From the NCBI RefSeq assembly GCF_006345805.1, contig NC_043002.1, positions 82,584,001-82,648,000 on the forward strand: DNA of 64,000 nt, given 5' to 3'. Position numbers and translations under genes: made by a program. Of the stretch, positions 11,946-24,619 are shown one piece after another. Positions within the stretch are counted from its first letter, which is position 1. Each line of letters starts with the position of its first letter. The stretch is from Octopus sinensis. Taxonomy: Eukaryota. The notes beneath the pieces were generated by a model. That model saw only the letters and a list, made by a program, of their open reading frames with translations. It made no database searches and had not been told where the DNA came from.

Positions 11946-12699
11946 TGTCAATATGTGTCTGTAAGCATATTTTGATCAATTTGTTTGCATCTTTGTATAT
12001 ATATAAATATGTGTGTATGTATGAATGTGTGTTTAATGATATAATGATAAATTAAATAAATGAAGATGGAAAACCTAATTAGCAGTATATACATCCATTG
12101 TATTGTATACAATTATTCGAGTAAATATACTAATAGAAATGATGAGATCAACAAATTTTTGTATAAAACTCACCACACCCGGCATTAATACTACCATAAC
12201 ACAAAACAACCCTTAACAATTTCTACCACATATACTAAAAATGACCTTTTTCCAATATTTCTTAAATGAAAATATAAAAGACAGACCTGAAAGAGACCTG
12301 GAGTAGAGAGGGCATGTCACTGGTGAGGTCGCGGGTGGCGGCGAAAGGACTTTGACGAATCGAGTTGATTGATTGATCGAACGCTAATCAAACGATCGAT
12401 TAGTTCATCACTCAAATAATTAGCCAATTGACTAATAATGAAATAAGTGAAATAGAACCAGCGCATGTGGTTCTTAATGGCATAATGACCCCACCAAAAT
12501 ACAACAAAATCTGTTTCAATACACAAGTTCACATCAAGAATTTTGCAAAGCCAAATACAAAATCGAAAGTAAAAAAAAAATGGGGCACTTTCTCGGCCCT
12601 GCTACGGCAAACTTTTGAATGAGTTTTACGGAAATGTAAAATTATTCAAAATATGAAATTTCAAAAAAGATCAGATTCTTTAACTTTCTACTTTAGGCA

Positions 12700-12890
12700 C
12701 AAAGCCTCAAATTTGTGGGGAGGGGACTAGTCGATCACATCGAACCCAGTGTTTCACTGGTACTTAATTTATCGATCCCGAAAGGATAAAAAGCAAAGTC
12801 GACCTCGGCGGAATTGGAACTAAGAACGTAATGACAGACGAAATACCGCTATGCATATCGCCCGGCGTGCTAACGTTTCTGTCAGATCGT
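12700..12890 (-). mobile_element. SINE family A
   Basis: Reverse complement of the family A head and body. Confidence 0.75.
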
Positions 12891-12949
12891 CACCATAACA
12901 GTTTCGTAGAATGATTGTCATTATTGTCATTGCAGTATTTGTAGAACAA

Positions 12950-12988
12950 GGAGAGAGTGAGGGAAGGAGAGAGAGAGAGAGAGAAAGG

Positions 12989-13021
<33 letters not shown>

Positions 13022-13135
13022 GAGAGAAAGAATGAACGGAGAAAGAGAGAATAAGAGTGAGAGAGAAAGAATGAGGATAAGAGTGAGTGGAGAAGGAGAG
13101 AATAAGAGTGAGGACAGAGAGAGAGAAAAGGAGAA
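12950..13135. repeat. (GA)n-rich low-complexity tract
   Basis: Directly visible. Confidence 0.9.
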
Positions 13136-13194
13136 AAACGTTGAAGTTGTTAAGAGAGGATCAAAATTGGTATAAACTCGCTTCTGAAGAGTAA

Positions 13195-15078
13195 GAAGAG
13201 AACCAGCTCAAATGTGAAAGCTCAAAAGAAGATTGACAGCTCAAAAGAAGAGCACCAGCTCAATTGTGACAGCTCAAAATAAGAACACCAGCTCAAAAGT
13301 GACAGCTCAAAGGAAGAGCACTAGCTCAAAAGAGACAGCTCAAAATAGGAGCATCAGCTCAAATGTGATAGCTCAAAAGAAGAGTGACAGCTCAAAAGAA
13401 GAGCACCAGCTCAAATGTGACATCCCAAAAGAAGAGCGACAGCTCAAAATAAGAGCACCAGCTCAATTGTGACAGCTCAAAATAAGAGCACCAGCTCAAT
13501 TGTGACAGCTCAAAATAAGAACACCAGCTCAAAGGAAGAGCACCAGCTCAAAAGTGACAGCTCAAAATAAGAGCATCAGCTCAAATGTGATAGCTCAAAA
13601 GAAGAGTGACAGCTCAAAAGAAGAGCACCAGCTCAAATGTGACATCCCAAAAGAAGAGTGATAGTTCAAAATAAGAGCTGCAGCTCAACTGTGACAGCTC
13701 AAAAGAAGATTGACAGCTCAAAATAAGAGCACCAGCTCAATTGTGACAGCTCAAAATAAGAACACCAGCTCAAAGGAAGAGCACCAGCTTAAATGTGATA
13801 GCTCAAAAGAAGAGTGACAGCTCAAAAGAAGAGTGACAGCTCATCTGTGATAGCTCAAAAGAAGAGTGACAGCTCAAAAGAAGAGCACCAGCTCAACTGT
13901 GACAACTCAAAAGAAGAGTGACAGCTCAAGAGAAGAGCACCAGCTCAAATCTGACAGCTCAAAAGGAGAGTGACAGCTTAAAAGAAGAGCACCAGCTCAT
14001 CTGTGATAGCTCAAAGGAAGAGTGACAGCTCAAAAGAAGAGCACCATCTAAAATGTGACAGCTCAAAAAAGAGCACCAGCTCAAATGTGACATCCCAAAA
14101 GAAGAGTGATAGTTCAAAATAAGAGCTGCAGCTCAACTGTGACAGCTCAAAAGAAGATTGACAGCTCAAAATAAGAGCACCAGCTCAATTGTGACAGCTC
14201 AAAATAAGAACACCAGCTCAAAGGAAGAGCACCAGCTCAAAGGAAGAGCACCAGCTCAAAGGAAGAGCACCAGCTCAAAGGAAGAGCACCAGCTCAAAGG
14301 AAGAGCACCAGCTCAAATGTGATAGCTCAAAAGAAGAGTGACAGCTCAAAAGAAGAGTGACAGCTCATCTGTGATAGCTCAAAAGAAGAGTGACAGCTCA
14401 AAAGAAGAGCACCAGCTCAACTGTGACAACTCAAAAGAAGAACACCAGCTCAAGGAAGAGCACCAGCTTAAATGTGATAGCTCAAAAGAAGAGTGACAGC
14501 TCAAAAGAAGAGTGACAGCTCATCTGTGATAGCTCAAAAGAAGAGTGACAGCTCAAAAGAAGAGCACCAGCTCAACTGTGACAACTCAAAAGAAGAGTGA
14601 CAGCTCAAGAGAAGAGCACCAGCTCAAATCTGACAGCTCAAAAGGAGAGTGACAGCTTAAAAGAAGAGCACCAGCTCATCTGTGATAGCTCAAGGAAGAG
14701 TGACAGCTCAAAAGAAGAGCACCATCTAAAATGTGACAGCTCAAAAGAAGAGCACCAGCTCAACTGTGACAGCTCAAAAGAAGAGAGCTCAAAAGAAGCG
14801 CACCAGCTCAACTGTGACAGCTCAAAAGAAGAGTGACAGCTCAAAAGAAGCGCACAAGCTCAACTGTGACAGCTCAAAATAAGCGCACCAGCTCAACTGT
14901 GACAGCTCAAAAGAAGAGTGACAGCTCAGAAGAAGCGCACAAGCTCAACTGTGGCATCTCAAAAGAAGAGTGACAGCTCAAAAGAAGCGCACCAGCTCAA
15001 CTGTGACAGCTCAAAAGAAGCGCACCAGCTCAACTGTGACAGCTCAAAAGAAGAGCACCAGCTGAAATGTGACAGCTG
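13195..15078. repeat. Minisatellite built on CAGCTCAA half-units (14-19 bp), ~33-bp composite period
   Basis: Recurrent CAGCTCAAAAGAAGAG(CAC/TGA) and CAGCTCAA(A/C/T)TGTGA over about 1.9 kb. Confidence 0.95.
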
Positions 15079-16098
15079 GAAAGAAAATACATTCCTTCTC
15101 AAATCAACAAGGTCATTGGACCTGCTGTAAATAATAGTCAAATCGCCCCAAATCACATCATACTTCTGAAAAAATGAGATGATACATTCTATAAAAATGG
15201 CTTGGTCACAATTAGAACGCCATTTATCATAGCTCCGATTAATTTGGTTTCTCCATTAGTTAAAGAAAACGATACAATAGAAAATACTTAAAAGAATATT
15301 TCTGTGCCATAAAATCCTATTCTGAAAGCAACCACTTACGAAGATTCCAAGATTTTATAACAAATATTGTGGAAACTTTAAGTAACAATGGAGGCATTAA
15401 CAGATATATACAACAACGATAAACAGCAACAAAAACACAAACAGACCTGGTAATTATAAATATCTATTATCCAGAAATCGTATTATTTAGTTGTCGAGCT
15501 TGTATTTTAGCGCAAGTTAGCTTTGATCAAACTGGCATCAAAGCCCGCCTGAATTGACTATTCCAACATAATACATCAAAATGGTGGGATGTAATTTGAA
15601 TGATATTTGACTGCTGTTTCTAGCAGATTGGATGATTACATGGAGGCTCCTTCATTTACTTCCCGAAGAAGTCTTTATGCTAATGTTGGTACGGCTGCAC
15701 TTCCCTGACGAGCCTCATCTAAAGAAAAACGTATCTGCAATTGTCTTTCGCTGGTGAAAACAGTTATCAACCAATTATCCTTTTTGTCAGATGTTTCGAT
15801 GTAATTAGATGTAATTAATATTTTTTTAATATTTTAATTATAAATATGACGTGATTTATATAACATTAATTATGGTTAGGGAGAAGTAGCAATTAATGAT
15901 ATGTAACCGAAGAAAAGAATTCTTAGAAAAACATTGAAAAAAAAAGGATAATTAGACACAAACATACTAATTGTTATGTCAATCTCAAATCATGTCAATA
16001 ATTCGAAAAAGTAATTGAAATTATAAATTCGCCTTCTGAGAAATCAATCCTAAACAAAAACAAATGCTAAAACAATGCTCTCTCAAAGAACACGCCTA

Positions 16099-17364
16099 CG
16101 AGGGGCGTTCAATAAGTAATGACCCTGACCCACTTCCCATAGCAGTAGAGCAACGAAACTTGGCACAGTTATTAGTCTTTTTCTACATAGGAACCACCCA
16201 GAGTTACGCATTTCTCCCATTGCTTGATGCAGCTCTGGAGACCGTTTTTGTAGAAGACCTCAGCTTGGTCCTCCAACCTGAACGTGACTTCAGAAATCAA
16301 GGCTGCATCATCTGGAAACGCTTTCCTTTCAAAAACAACTTCATGACTGGGAAGAGGTGAAAATCAGAGGGTGCAAGGTCAGGAAAGTAGGGGGATGGGG
16401 GAGGAGTTCATAGCCATACGCCTGTGCTTCTGATCTGGCGACAAGCGAGTTGTGGACCGGAGCGTTGTCCTGCAGGAGGAGGATGCCTTTGCTGATCTTG
16501 CCCCGCCTCTTGATTTTGATAACTTCTCTTAATTTCCTCAAAAGTGAAGCATAATAGGCTCCTGCAATTGTGGTACCCTTTGCCAGGAAATCTGTCATCA
16601 CTACTCCGTCCTGGTCCCAGAAGACTGTGAGCATGACCTTGTCAGCGGAGGGCTGCACCCTTGCCTTCTTTGGAGGGGGTGAGTCACGGTGCTTCCACTG
16701 CATTGACTGGGCTTTGGTCTCTGGATCATCGTGATGGACCCAGGTTTCATCCTGTGTAATCAGTCTTTTGAAAAATTTTGACCCATCTTCTTGGCACATC
16801 TTCAAATTCACCCTCGAGCACTCGACGCGTTCTTGCTTCTGGAAAGGCGTGAGCAACCTGGGAATCCATCTGGCAGACAACTTTTGCATATGCAAATGGT
16901 CATGAATGATAGTTTCCACAGACCCGGTACTAATCTTTACCTCATGGGCTATTTGGCGAATAATTATGCGTCGATCTTCCAAAATGGCAGCCTCAACTTG
17001 ACGGACAGATGCCTCATCAATGACAGAAGGGGCGACCAGATCTGGGAGCTGTTTCTACAGAGTTCCGACCATGTTTGAATTCACGATGCCAGCATTTTAC
17101 AAGGTCATATGATGGGGCATCATCACCATAAGTTACTTTCATTTCATCAAAAGTCTCCCGTGGTGTGCGTCCTTTCAAATACAAAAACCGGATCACTGCT
17201 CGACAGGCTCCATTTCACACTTGACTCAGTTCAAACACCTGTAAATCAGAAACCACAATTAATTCAGAGCTGTAATTTACCACTTACTCTATAGAAATAT
17301 AAATGATTGCACATGCAAAATTTCAGCAAGTGGGTCAGAGGCATTACTTATTGAACGTCCCTCG
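16099..17364 (-). mobile_element. Full-length mariner transposon (DD34D, irritans-subfamily-like)
   Basis: TIRs CGAGGGGCGTTCAATAAGTAATG / CATTACTTATTGAACGTCCCTCG with TA TSDs at 16097-16098 and 17365-17366; length 1266 bp. Confidence 0.95.
16172..17213 (-). pseudogene. Mariner transposase pseudogene (frameshifted)
   Basis: WIPRLLT, TQDETWVHH, KVMLTVFWDQDG, LLQDNAPVH, ELLPHPP(Y.)PDLAPSDFHLF across frameshifts; stop TAA at 16172-16174. Confidence 0.92.
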
Positions 17365-17384
17365 TATTACTAATAACACTCGAT

Positions 17385-17605
17385 ATATATTTCTTTACTA
17401 CCTACAAAGGGCTAAACACAGAGGGGACAAACAAGGACAGACAAAGGGATTAAGTCGATTACATCGACCCCAGTGCGTAACTGGTACTTAATTTATCGAC
17501 ACCGAAAGGATGAAAGGCAGAATTTGAACTCGGAACGTAACGACAGACGAAATACGGCTACGCATGTCGCCGGGCGTGCTAACGTTTCTGCCAGCTCGCC
17601 GCCTC
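17385..17605 (-). mobile_element. SINE family A
   Basis: Reverse complement of the family A consensus seen at 2034-2585. Confidence 0.8.
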
Positions 17606-18044
17606 GATATATGTTACACAACTTGCCCCACTCCCTCAGTCACTCTCTACTACTGTTACTATATCCCTTCTTTCCATCTTTCACCCACTATTATTATTAC
17701 TATACCACATCCTGTACAATTACAACTAATATTTCACCTTCTCTACTTCGCCTTCTACTATTACAACTTCCCTAACTCATCCTCCCTTCTTCCATTTTCA
17801 AAAATTTTCAAAATTTACTCTAGTATGATACATTTTCTCATCGGTGTATAATGGTCTTTATTTTGAACGCCAAGGTGTTTTCCATCACGTGAGGGTTAAC
17901 GTTAGGAATATACTTCGGCCACTGGATATTATCAAGGAATGTTACGTGGATACAATAATGATAATAATAATGTGTTTGTTACATAGAACTAATTCAAACG
18001 TATAACAAAGTTGTAAGAGAATGATATTAAGTAAATATTCATTT

Positions 18045-18249
18045 CTACTCTGGGCACAAGGCCCGAAATTTTGGGGAGGAGGTCAGTCGATTAGATTGAC
18101 CCCAGTGTGCAACTGCTACTTAATTTATCGATCCCGAAAGGATGAAAGGCAAAGTCACCTCGGCTGAATTTGAACTCAGAACGAAGAGACAGGCGAAATA
18201 CTGCTAAGCATTTCGTCCAGCGTGCTAACTTTTCTGCCAGCTCGCCGCT
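18045..18249 (-). mobile_element. SINE family A (copy A1)
   Basis: Family A sequence flanked by a probable TSD, ATTAAGTAAATATTC (about 18026) / ATTAAGTGAATATTTC (about 18252). Confidence 0.75.
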
Positions 18250-18355
18250 TTATTAAGTGAATATTTCAGGAAAACTGTAATTGCTGGTTAAACAGTATTA
18301 TTGTTCTTTATAACATATATTTATTTATGCAAATGAGAAATTTGTTTTACCATAT

Positions 18356-18550
18356 ATATTTCTTTATTGCCCACAGGGGGCTAAACATAGAGTGGACAAG
18401 CAAAGGGATTAAGTCGATTACATCGACCCCAGTGCGTAGCTGGTACTTATTTAATCGATCCCGAAAGTATGAGTCGACCTCGGCGGAATTTGAACTCAGA
18501 ACGTAGAGACAGACGAAATACCTATTTCTTTACTACCCACAAGGGGCTAA
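18356..18550 (-). mobile_element. SINE family A composite (copy A2), left part, split by a 6-kb insertion
   Basis: Ends ...TACTACCCACAAGGGGCTAA and continues exactly at 24620. Confidence 0.8.
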
Positions 18551-20540
18551 TTTTTATTTTCATTCTGCCACACGATGACGATACGCAAAGCTAAGAATAT
18601 TTTTGCTCCTTTTTTCTTTTTTCTCCCTCTCTACTACGTTAGGACTGACAGTTTTAAATGATCTCATCGCTAACAACCTATTAGAATTTCGTTAATTCTC
18701 CCTAAATTCCGGCTGACCTGTTCGCTGGCCTTTTTATTTTCATTCTGTCACACGATGACGATACGCAAGCTAAGGATATTTTTGCTCCTTTTTTCTTTTT
18801 TCTCCTCCCTCTACTAGGTTAGGACTGACAGTTTTAAATGATCTCATCGCTAACAACCTATTAGAATTTCGTTAATTCTCCCTAAATTCCGGCTGACCTG
18901 TTCGCTGGCCATTTTTATTTTCATTCTGCCACACGATGACGATACGCAAAGCTAAGAATATTTTTGCTCCTTTTTTCTTTTTTCTTTCTCTCCCTCTCTA
19001 CTACGTTAGGACTGACAGTTTTAAATGATCTCATCGCTAACAACCTATTAGAATTTCGTTAATTCTCCCTAAATTCCGGCTGACCTGTTCGCTGCCATTT
19101 TTTTTCATTCTGTCACACGATGACGATACGCAAAGCTAAGAATATTTTTGCTCCTTTTTTCTTTTTTCTCCCTCTCTACTACGTTAGGACTGACAGTTTT
19201 AAATGATCTCATCGCTAACAACCTATTAGAATTTCGTTAATTCTCCCTAAATTCCGGCTGACCTGTTCGCTGGCCATTTTTATTTTCATTCTGCCACACG
19301 ATGACGATACGCAAGCTAAGAATATTTTTGCTCCTTTTTTCTTTTTTCTCCCTCTCTACTACGTTAGGACTGACAGTTTTAAATGATCTCATCGCTAACA
19401 ACCTATTAGAATTTCGTTAATTCTCCCTAAATTCCGGCTGACCTGTTCGCTGGCCATTTTTATTTTCATTCTGTCACACGATGACGATACGCAAAGCTAA
19501 GAATATTTTTGCTCCTTTTTTCTTTTTTCTCCCTCTCTACTACGTTAGGACTGACAGTTTTAAATGATCTCATCGCTAACAACCTATTAGAATTTCGTTA
19601 ATTCTCCCTAAATTCCGGCTGACCTGTTCGCTGGCCATTTTTATTTTCATTCTGCCACACGATGACGATACGCAAAGCTAAGAATATTTTTGCTCCTTTT
19701 TTCTTTTTTCTCCCTCTCTACTACGTTAGGACTGACAGTTTTAAATGATCTCATCGCTAACAACCTATTAGAATTTCGTTAATTCTCCCTAAATTCCGGC
19801 TGACCTGTTCGCTGGCCATTTTTTATTTTCATTCTGCCACACGATGACGATACGCAAAGCTAAGAATATTTTTGCTCCTTTTTTCTTTTTTCTCCCTCTC
19901 TACTACGTTAGGACTGACAGTTTTAAATGATCTCATCGCTAACAACCTATTAGAATTTCGTTAATTCTCCCTAAATTCCGGCTGACCTGTTCGCTGGCCA
20001 TTTTTATTTTCATTCTGCCACACATGACGATACGCAAAGCTAAGAATATTTTTGCTCCTTTTTTCTTTTTTCTCTCCCTCTCTACTACGTTAGGACTGAC
20101 AGTTTTAAATGATCTCATCGCTAACAACCTATTAGAATTTCGTTAATTCTCCCTAAATTCCGGCTGACCTGTTCGCTGGCCATTTTTATTTTCATTCTGC
20201 CACACGATGACGATACGCAAAGCTAAGAATATTTTTGCTCTTTTTTTTTTTTCTCTCCCTCTCTACTACGTTAGGACTGACAGTTTTAAATGATCTCATC
20301 GCTAACAACCTATTAGAATTTCGTTAATTCTCCCTAATTCCGGCTGACCTGTTCGCTGGCCATTTTTATTTTCATTCTGCCACACGATGACGATACGCAA
20401 AGCTAAGATATTTTTGCTCCTTTTTTCTTTTTTCTCCCTCTCTACTACTACGTTAGGACTGACAGTTTTAAATGATCTCATCGCTAACAACCTATTAGAA
20501 TTTCGTTAATTCTCCCTAAATTCCGGCTGACCTGTTCGCT
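18551..20540. repeat. Satellite array, ~180-bp unit, 11 near-identical copies
   Basis: Unit TTTTTATTTTCATTCTG(C/T)CACACGATGACGATACGCAAAGCTAAG...AAATTCCGGCTGACCTGTTCGCTGGCC recurs every 178-185 bp; differences are mostly homopolymer-length indels. Confidence 0.97.
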
Positions 20541-20759
20541 GTGCGCCCGCCCAAACCCACCCCCACCACCAATACCGGATATCTCTCTATTCTCTCCCCT
20601 TCCCACTTCCCTCCTAGTGATATTGCTGCTTCTACTACAACTGCTGCTGCTGCTGATGATGGTGAATATTAGTGGTTGAAATTTAACATAGGGGAAAAAA
20701 AAACCGTAATAATAATTTAACATTACTTGAAAAGGTAGTGGGTAGCGAACTTCTTCACT

Positions 20760-23700
20760 ACTTCAGGGAGTGACGACCCTGCCTGACACGAGTTCCGGGC
20801 TCAGCTGGCTCCGGCTGACAGTACCCGGTATGGGCCCCTATCCAGGGTTACGGAAAGGAGACAACCTTCAATGAAATCCGGAGTGGAGCCCCGAAGGCGG
20901 TCTAGTGTTCGATTCGACACTCTTCCGGCAGCTCCTGCAACCAAGCTGGTGCCAACGTAATGCACTGCACTCCACTGGACTACATCAGCAAGGTCGAGAG
21001 AGGAAACCTGACGATTGGGCTACCCAGGACTTTCTTATCTATAGCCCAGGCCTGCGCAAAACTGGAGAGGACACTTCAGTGCTGCTGTAAAAAGCTGCAG
21101 AAACAACACGGGAGGTAACAGTTACGAGTGATAAGTCCATTCAGATTGGCGTAAAATATGGACGCTACGGGTTACCTCTGCCGGTGGGAGGGACTTCCGT
21201 GTCCTATTGGTTAGCTACTGCCCACCTCAAGCTGGGCAGCCCCCAGTTAATAAGGTGCTGACCCGCCACAAGCCGCCTGTTCCATTGGGTGCTTGGAGCT
21301 AAGAGTACGACTCGAAAAGCGGCCTGCAACCTCTGCACCAGGCAAGCAACTAAAATTCAAGAAAACACCAGTTCTGCAGTTGGCAAGCTGGAATGTCAGG
21401 ACCATGTGTCCTGGAATATCTGACGATCTTCTCAGTATTGAAGACACAAGGAAAACGGCCATCATTGACCGTGAACTAAAGACTCAACATAGATATTGCT
21501 GGGCTGCAGGAGACAAGACTTCCCTCAAACGGCAGACTCAAAGAGCAGGACTTTACCTTCTTTTGGCAGGGAAGAGATCCAGAAGAACCTCGTCAACATG
21601 GCGTTGGCTTTGCAGTGAGAAACTCACTACTCTCCTCAATAGAACCACCATCGGGAGGCACTGAGCGTATCCTCTCACTGCGCCTCTCGACTTCTTCTGG
21701 CTCAGTACATCTACTCAGCATCTATGCTCCCACTCTCTACAGCTCAGAGGAGACCAAGGACCAGTTCTACAAAGATCTCAACTGTGTCCTAGAAAATATA
21801 CCAACGACTGAAAATATCTACCTTCTAGGGGATTTTAACGCTCGCGTGGGATCTGACCATGATTCGTGGCCCATTTGTGTTGGACACTTTGGTATTGGCA
21901 ACATGAATGACAATGGTCAGAGACTACTCGAATTCTGCACATACCACAACCTGTGCATCACAAACACATTCTTCACCAGCAAGCCATCCCACAAGGCATC
22001 CTGGAGACATCCAAGATCTCACCACTGGCATCAGCTGGATCTCATCATTACACGGAGATCCTTTCTGAGTTCCACTCTATTGACCCGCAGTTACCACAGT
22101 GCGGATTGTGACACAGACCACTCACTAATTAGAAGCAGGGTGAGGATTCTCCCTAAAAAAGTCCATCGCTCCAAGAAAGTGGGCCGACCACGCATCAACA
22201 CCGCCAGAACCTCGGACCCTACACTGCGAAAATGTTTTGCTGCTTCTATCAAGGTTGCCCTCAGTAGCTGCCCAACCTCCTCTGCTGAAAGTAGGTGGGA
22301 CTATATCAGGGAAGCTTTGTATACGACATCATTGGATACTTTCGGCATGAGAGAAAGGCAAAACCCAGATTGGTTCAATGCTGGGCTCTCAGAGCTGGAG
22401 CCAGTTATCGAAGCAAAGCGTGCAGCTCTGGTGCAATACAAGAGTGACTCTTCTACAAAGTCACTCGAAGAACTCAGAAAGGCACGAAATAAACCCAACT
22501 GACAGCCAGATGCTGTGCAAATAGGTATTGGCAGGAAATCTGTCAGAGTATCCAGTCAGCTGCTGACAGGGGCGACACCCGTGGGATGTATGCTGGTTTG
22601 AAGAAGGCCCTCGGTCCATCCGCAACCAAGTCAGCCCCTCTGAAATCAACTACTGGAGATCTCATCAGGGATCAAGGCAAGCAAATGGATAGATGGGTGG
22701 AGCACTACCACGGATCTCTACTCACGGGAGACCACAGTGGCTGAGGCTGCAGTCGAGAGTGTCAAGATCTTGCCAGTCATGTGCGAACTTGACAGTCCGC
22801 CATCTATAGCAGAGCTCACCAAGGCTGTTGACTCCCTAGCAAGAAATAAGGCTCCGGGAAAAGACGGCATCCCCTCAGAGATCATCAAAGCCGGCAAAAA
22901 CACCATCCTGCTTCGGCACCTTCATGAGCTTCTGTGTCAGTGCTGGGAAGAGGGTACAGTCCCTCAGGATATGCGGGATGCCAACATCATTACGCTCTAC
23001 AAAAACAAAGGTGACCGTGGTGATTGTAACAATTACCGTGGTATATCCCTTCTAAGCACTGTTGGAAAGACCTTTGCCCGCGTTATCCTGGCCAGGCTAC
23101 AACTACTTGCTTCTCGAATCTATCCGGAATCGCAGTGTGGCTTTAGAAGAAGCAGATCAACTATCGATATGATATTCTCCATACGCCAACTTCAGGAGAA
23201 GTCCAGAGAGCAGAAAATGCCATTATATATGGCCTTCATTGATCTAACAAAGGCTTTTGACTCGGTAAGCAGAACAGGCCTCTTCCTCCTGCTCCAAAAA
23301 ATCGGATGTCCACCAAAGCTGCTGAGGATCATCAAGTCTTTCCATGATGACATGCAAGGCACCATACAGCACAACGGTTCAACATCAGCCGCCTTCCAAA
23401 TAAAAAACGGGGTAAAGCAAGGCTGTGTCCTCGCTCCTACATTGTTTGGCATCTTCTTCTCACTCTTGCTGTCACATGCCTTTCAGACATCAGATGATGG
23501 AGTGTTTCTGCACAGTAGAAGTGACGGGAAACTGTTCAATCTCTCGCGCCTGCGTGCCAAGACCAAAATCAGAAACGTCCTGATCAAGGAGATGTTATTT
23601 GCTGATGATGCCGCTCTGGTAACACACACAGAAGAAGCCCTCCAAAGGCTCATTAACTGTTTTGAGCAAGCATGTAACGACTTTGGCTTAGCTATCAGCC

Positions 23701-24619
23701 TTAAGAAGACCAACATCATGGGCCAGGCTACATCGGACATCCCAAACATACATATTGGAGACCACAGATTACAAGAGGTGGAGAAGTTTACCTATCTGGG
23801 CTCTACCGTCACCTACAACCTATCCCTTGACGCTGAGCTCAATATACGCATTGGCAAGGCAGCTGCTGCGATGGCCCAACTCTCCAAACGGGCTTGGGAC
23901 AACAATAAGCTGACCAAGACCACAAAAATGAAGATCTACCAGGCATGTGTACTCAGCACTCTACTGTATGGAAGCGAGACCTGGACGCTATACACACGCC
24001 AAGAGCGTCGCCTAAACATCTTTCACCTGCGCTGCCTCCGAAAAATCCTCCACATCAAATGGCAGAATCATATCCCCAACAAAGATGTCCTCAGGCAAGC
24101 AGGAATACCAAGCATGTTTGCACTCCTCACACAAAGACGTATGAGATGGCTTGGGCATGTTAGCCGTATGAAAGATGGCAGAATCCCAAGGACATACTCT
24201 ACGGAGAGCTTGCTAGGGGTACTAGGTCTGTGGGTAGACCGATCTTGCGTTACAAGGATGTTTGCAAAAGGGATATGAAGGCCTGCAACATCAACATTAG
24301 CGGTTGGGAGGCAGTCGCCGGCAACCGTGGAGAATGGCGACGTACAGTAAAAGAGGGTATACAGAGGAGTGACAGAAAGAGAGAGGAGAAATGGAAAGAA
24401 AGGAAGAGACATAAACAAGAGACCATGGCACTACAACAGCCAGGAACAGTCTTCGCTACATTTGCAGTACCTGCCAGAGGGAGTGTTTGTCCAGGATAGG
24501 ACTACACAGCCACAGCAAGAAATGTAACAGGAAATAAAATATAACAGCCGGACTAGACCTAGAAAAAAAAAAAAATGCGCAACTCCATTGTCTCCCGAGA
24601 CAGAAAGGATGCCAAACAA
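20760..24619 (+). mobile_element. Near full-length RTE-clade non-LTR retrotransposon (5' boundary approximate)
   Basis: GC-richer ~530-bp 5' UTR; a single APE+RT ORF; 3' end TCCATTGTCTCCCGAGACAGAAAGGATGCC plus a short (AAAC) tail. Confidence 0.92.
21293..24537 (+). pseudogene. RTE ORF: AP endonuclease + reverse transcriptase + C-terminal C2H2-like motif; 5 small frameshifts, start codon uncertain
   Basis: Endonuclease motifs LASWNVRT, LQETR, GDFNARVG, HQLDLII, DTDH. RT motifs NYRGISLL, FIDLTKAFDSV, GVKQGCVLAPTLF, LFADD, YLG, RWLGHV. C-terminus CSTCQRECLSRIGLHSHSKKC, stop TAA at 24535-24537. Confidence 0.93.

Noticed and set aside
18551-20540. CRISPR-like appearance of the regular arrays (also 13195-15078 and 28169-28746)
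   Set aside because: Units repeat in full with no unique spacers, there are no cas genes, and the context is eukaryotic.
20760-21292. HDV-like ribozyme in the RTE 5' UTR (known for some RTE elements)
   Set aside because: I found only partial hairpins (GAC-TTCCGT-GTC and CTGCCCA..TGGGCAG) and could not build the nested double pseudoknot by eye. An RNArobo or Infernal HDV search would be decisive.
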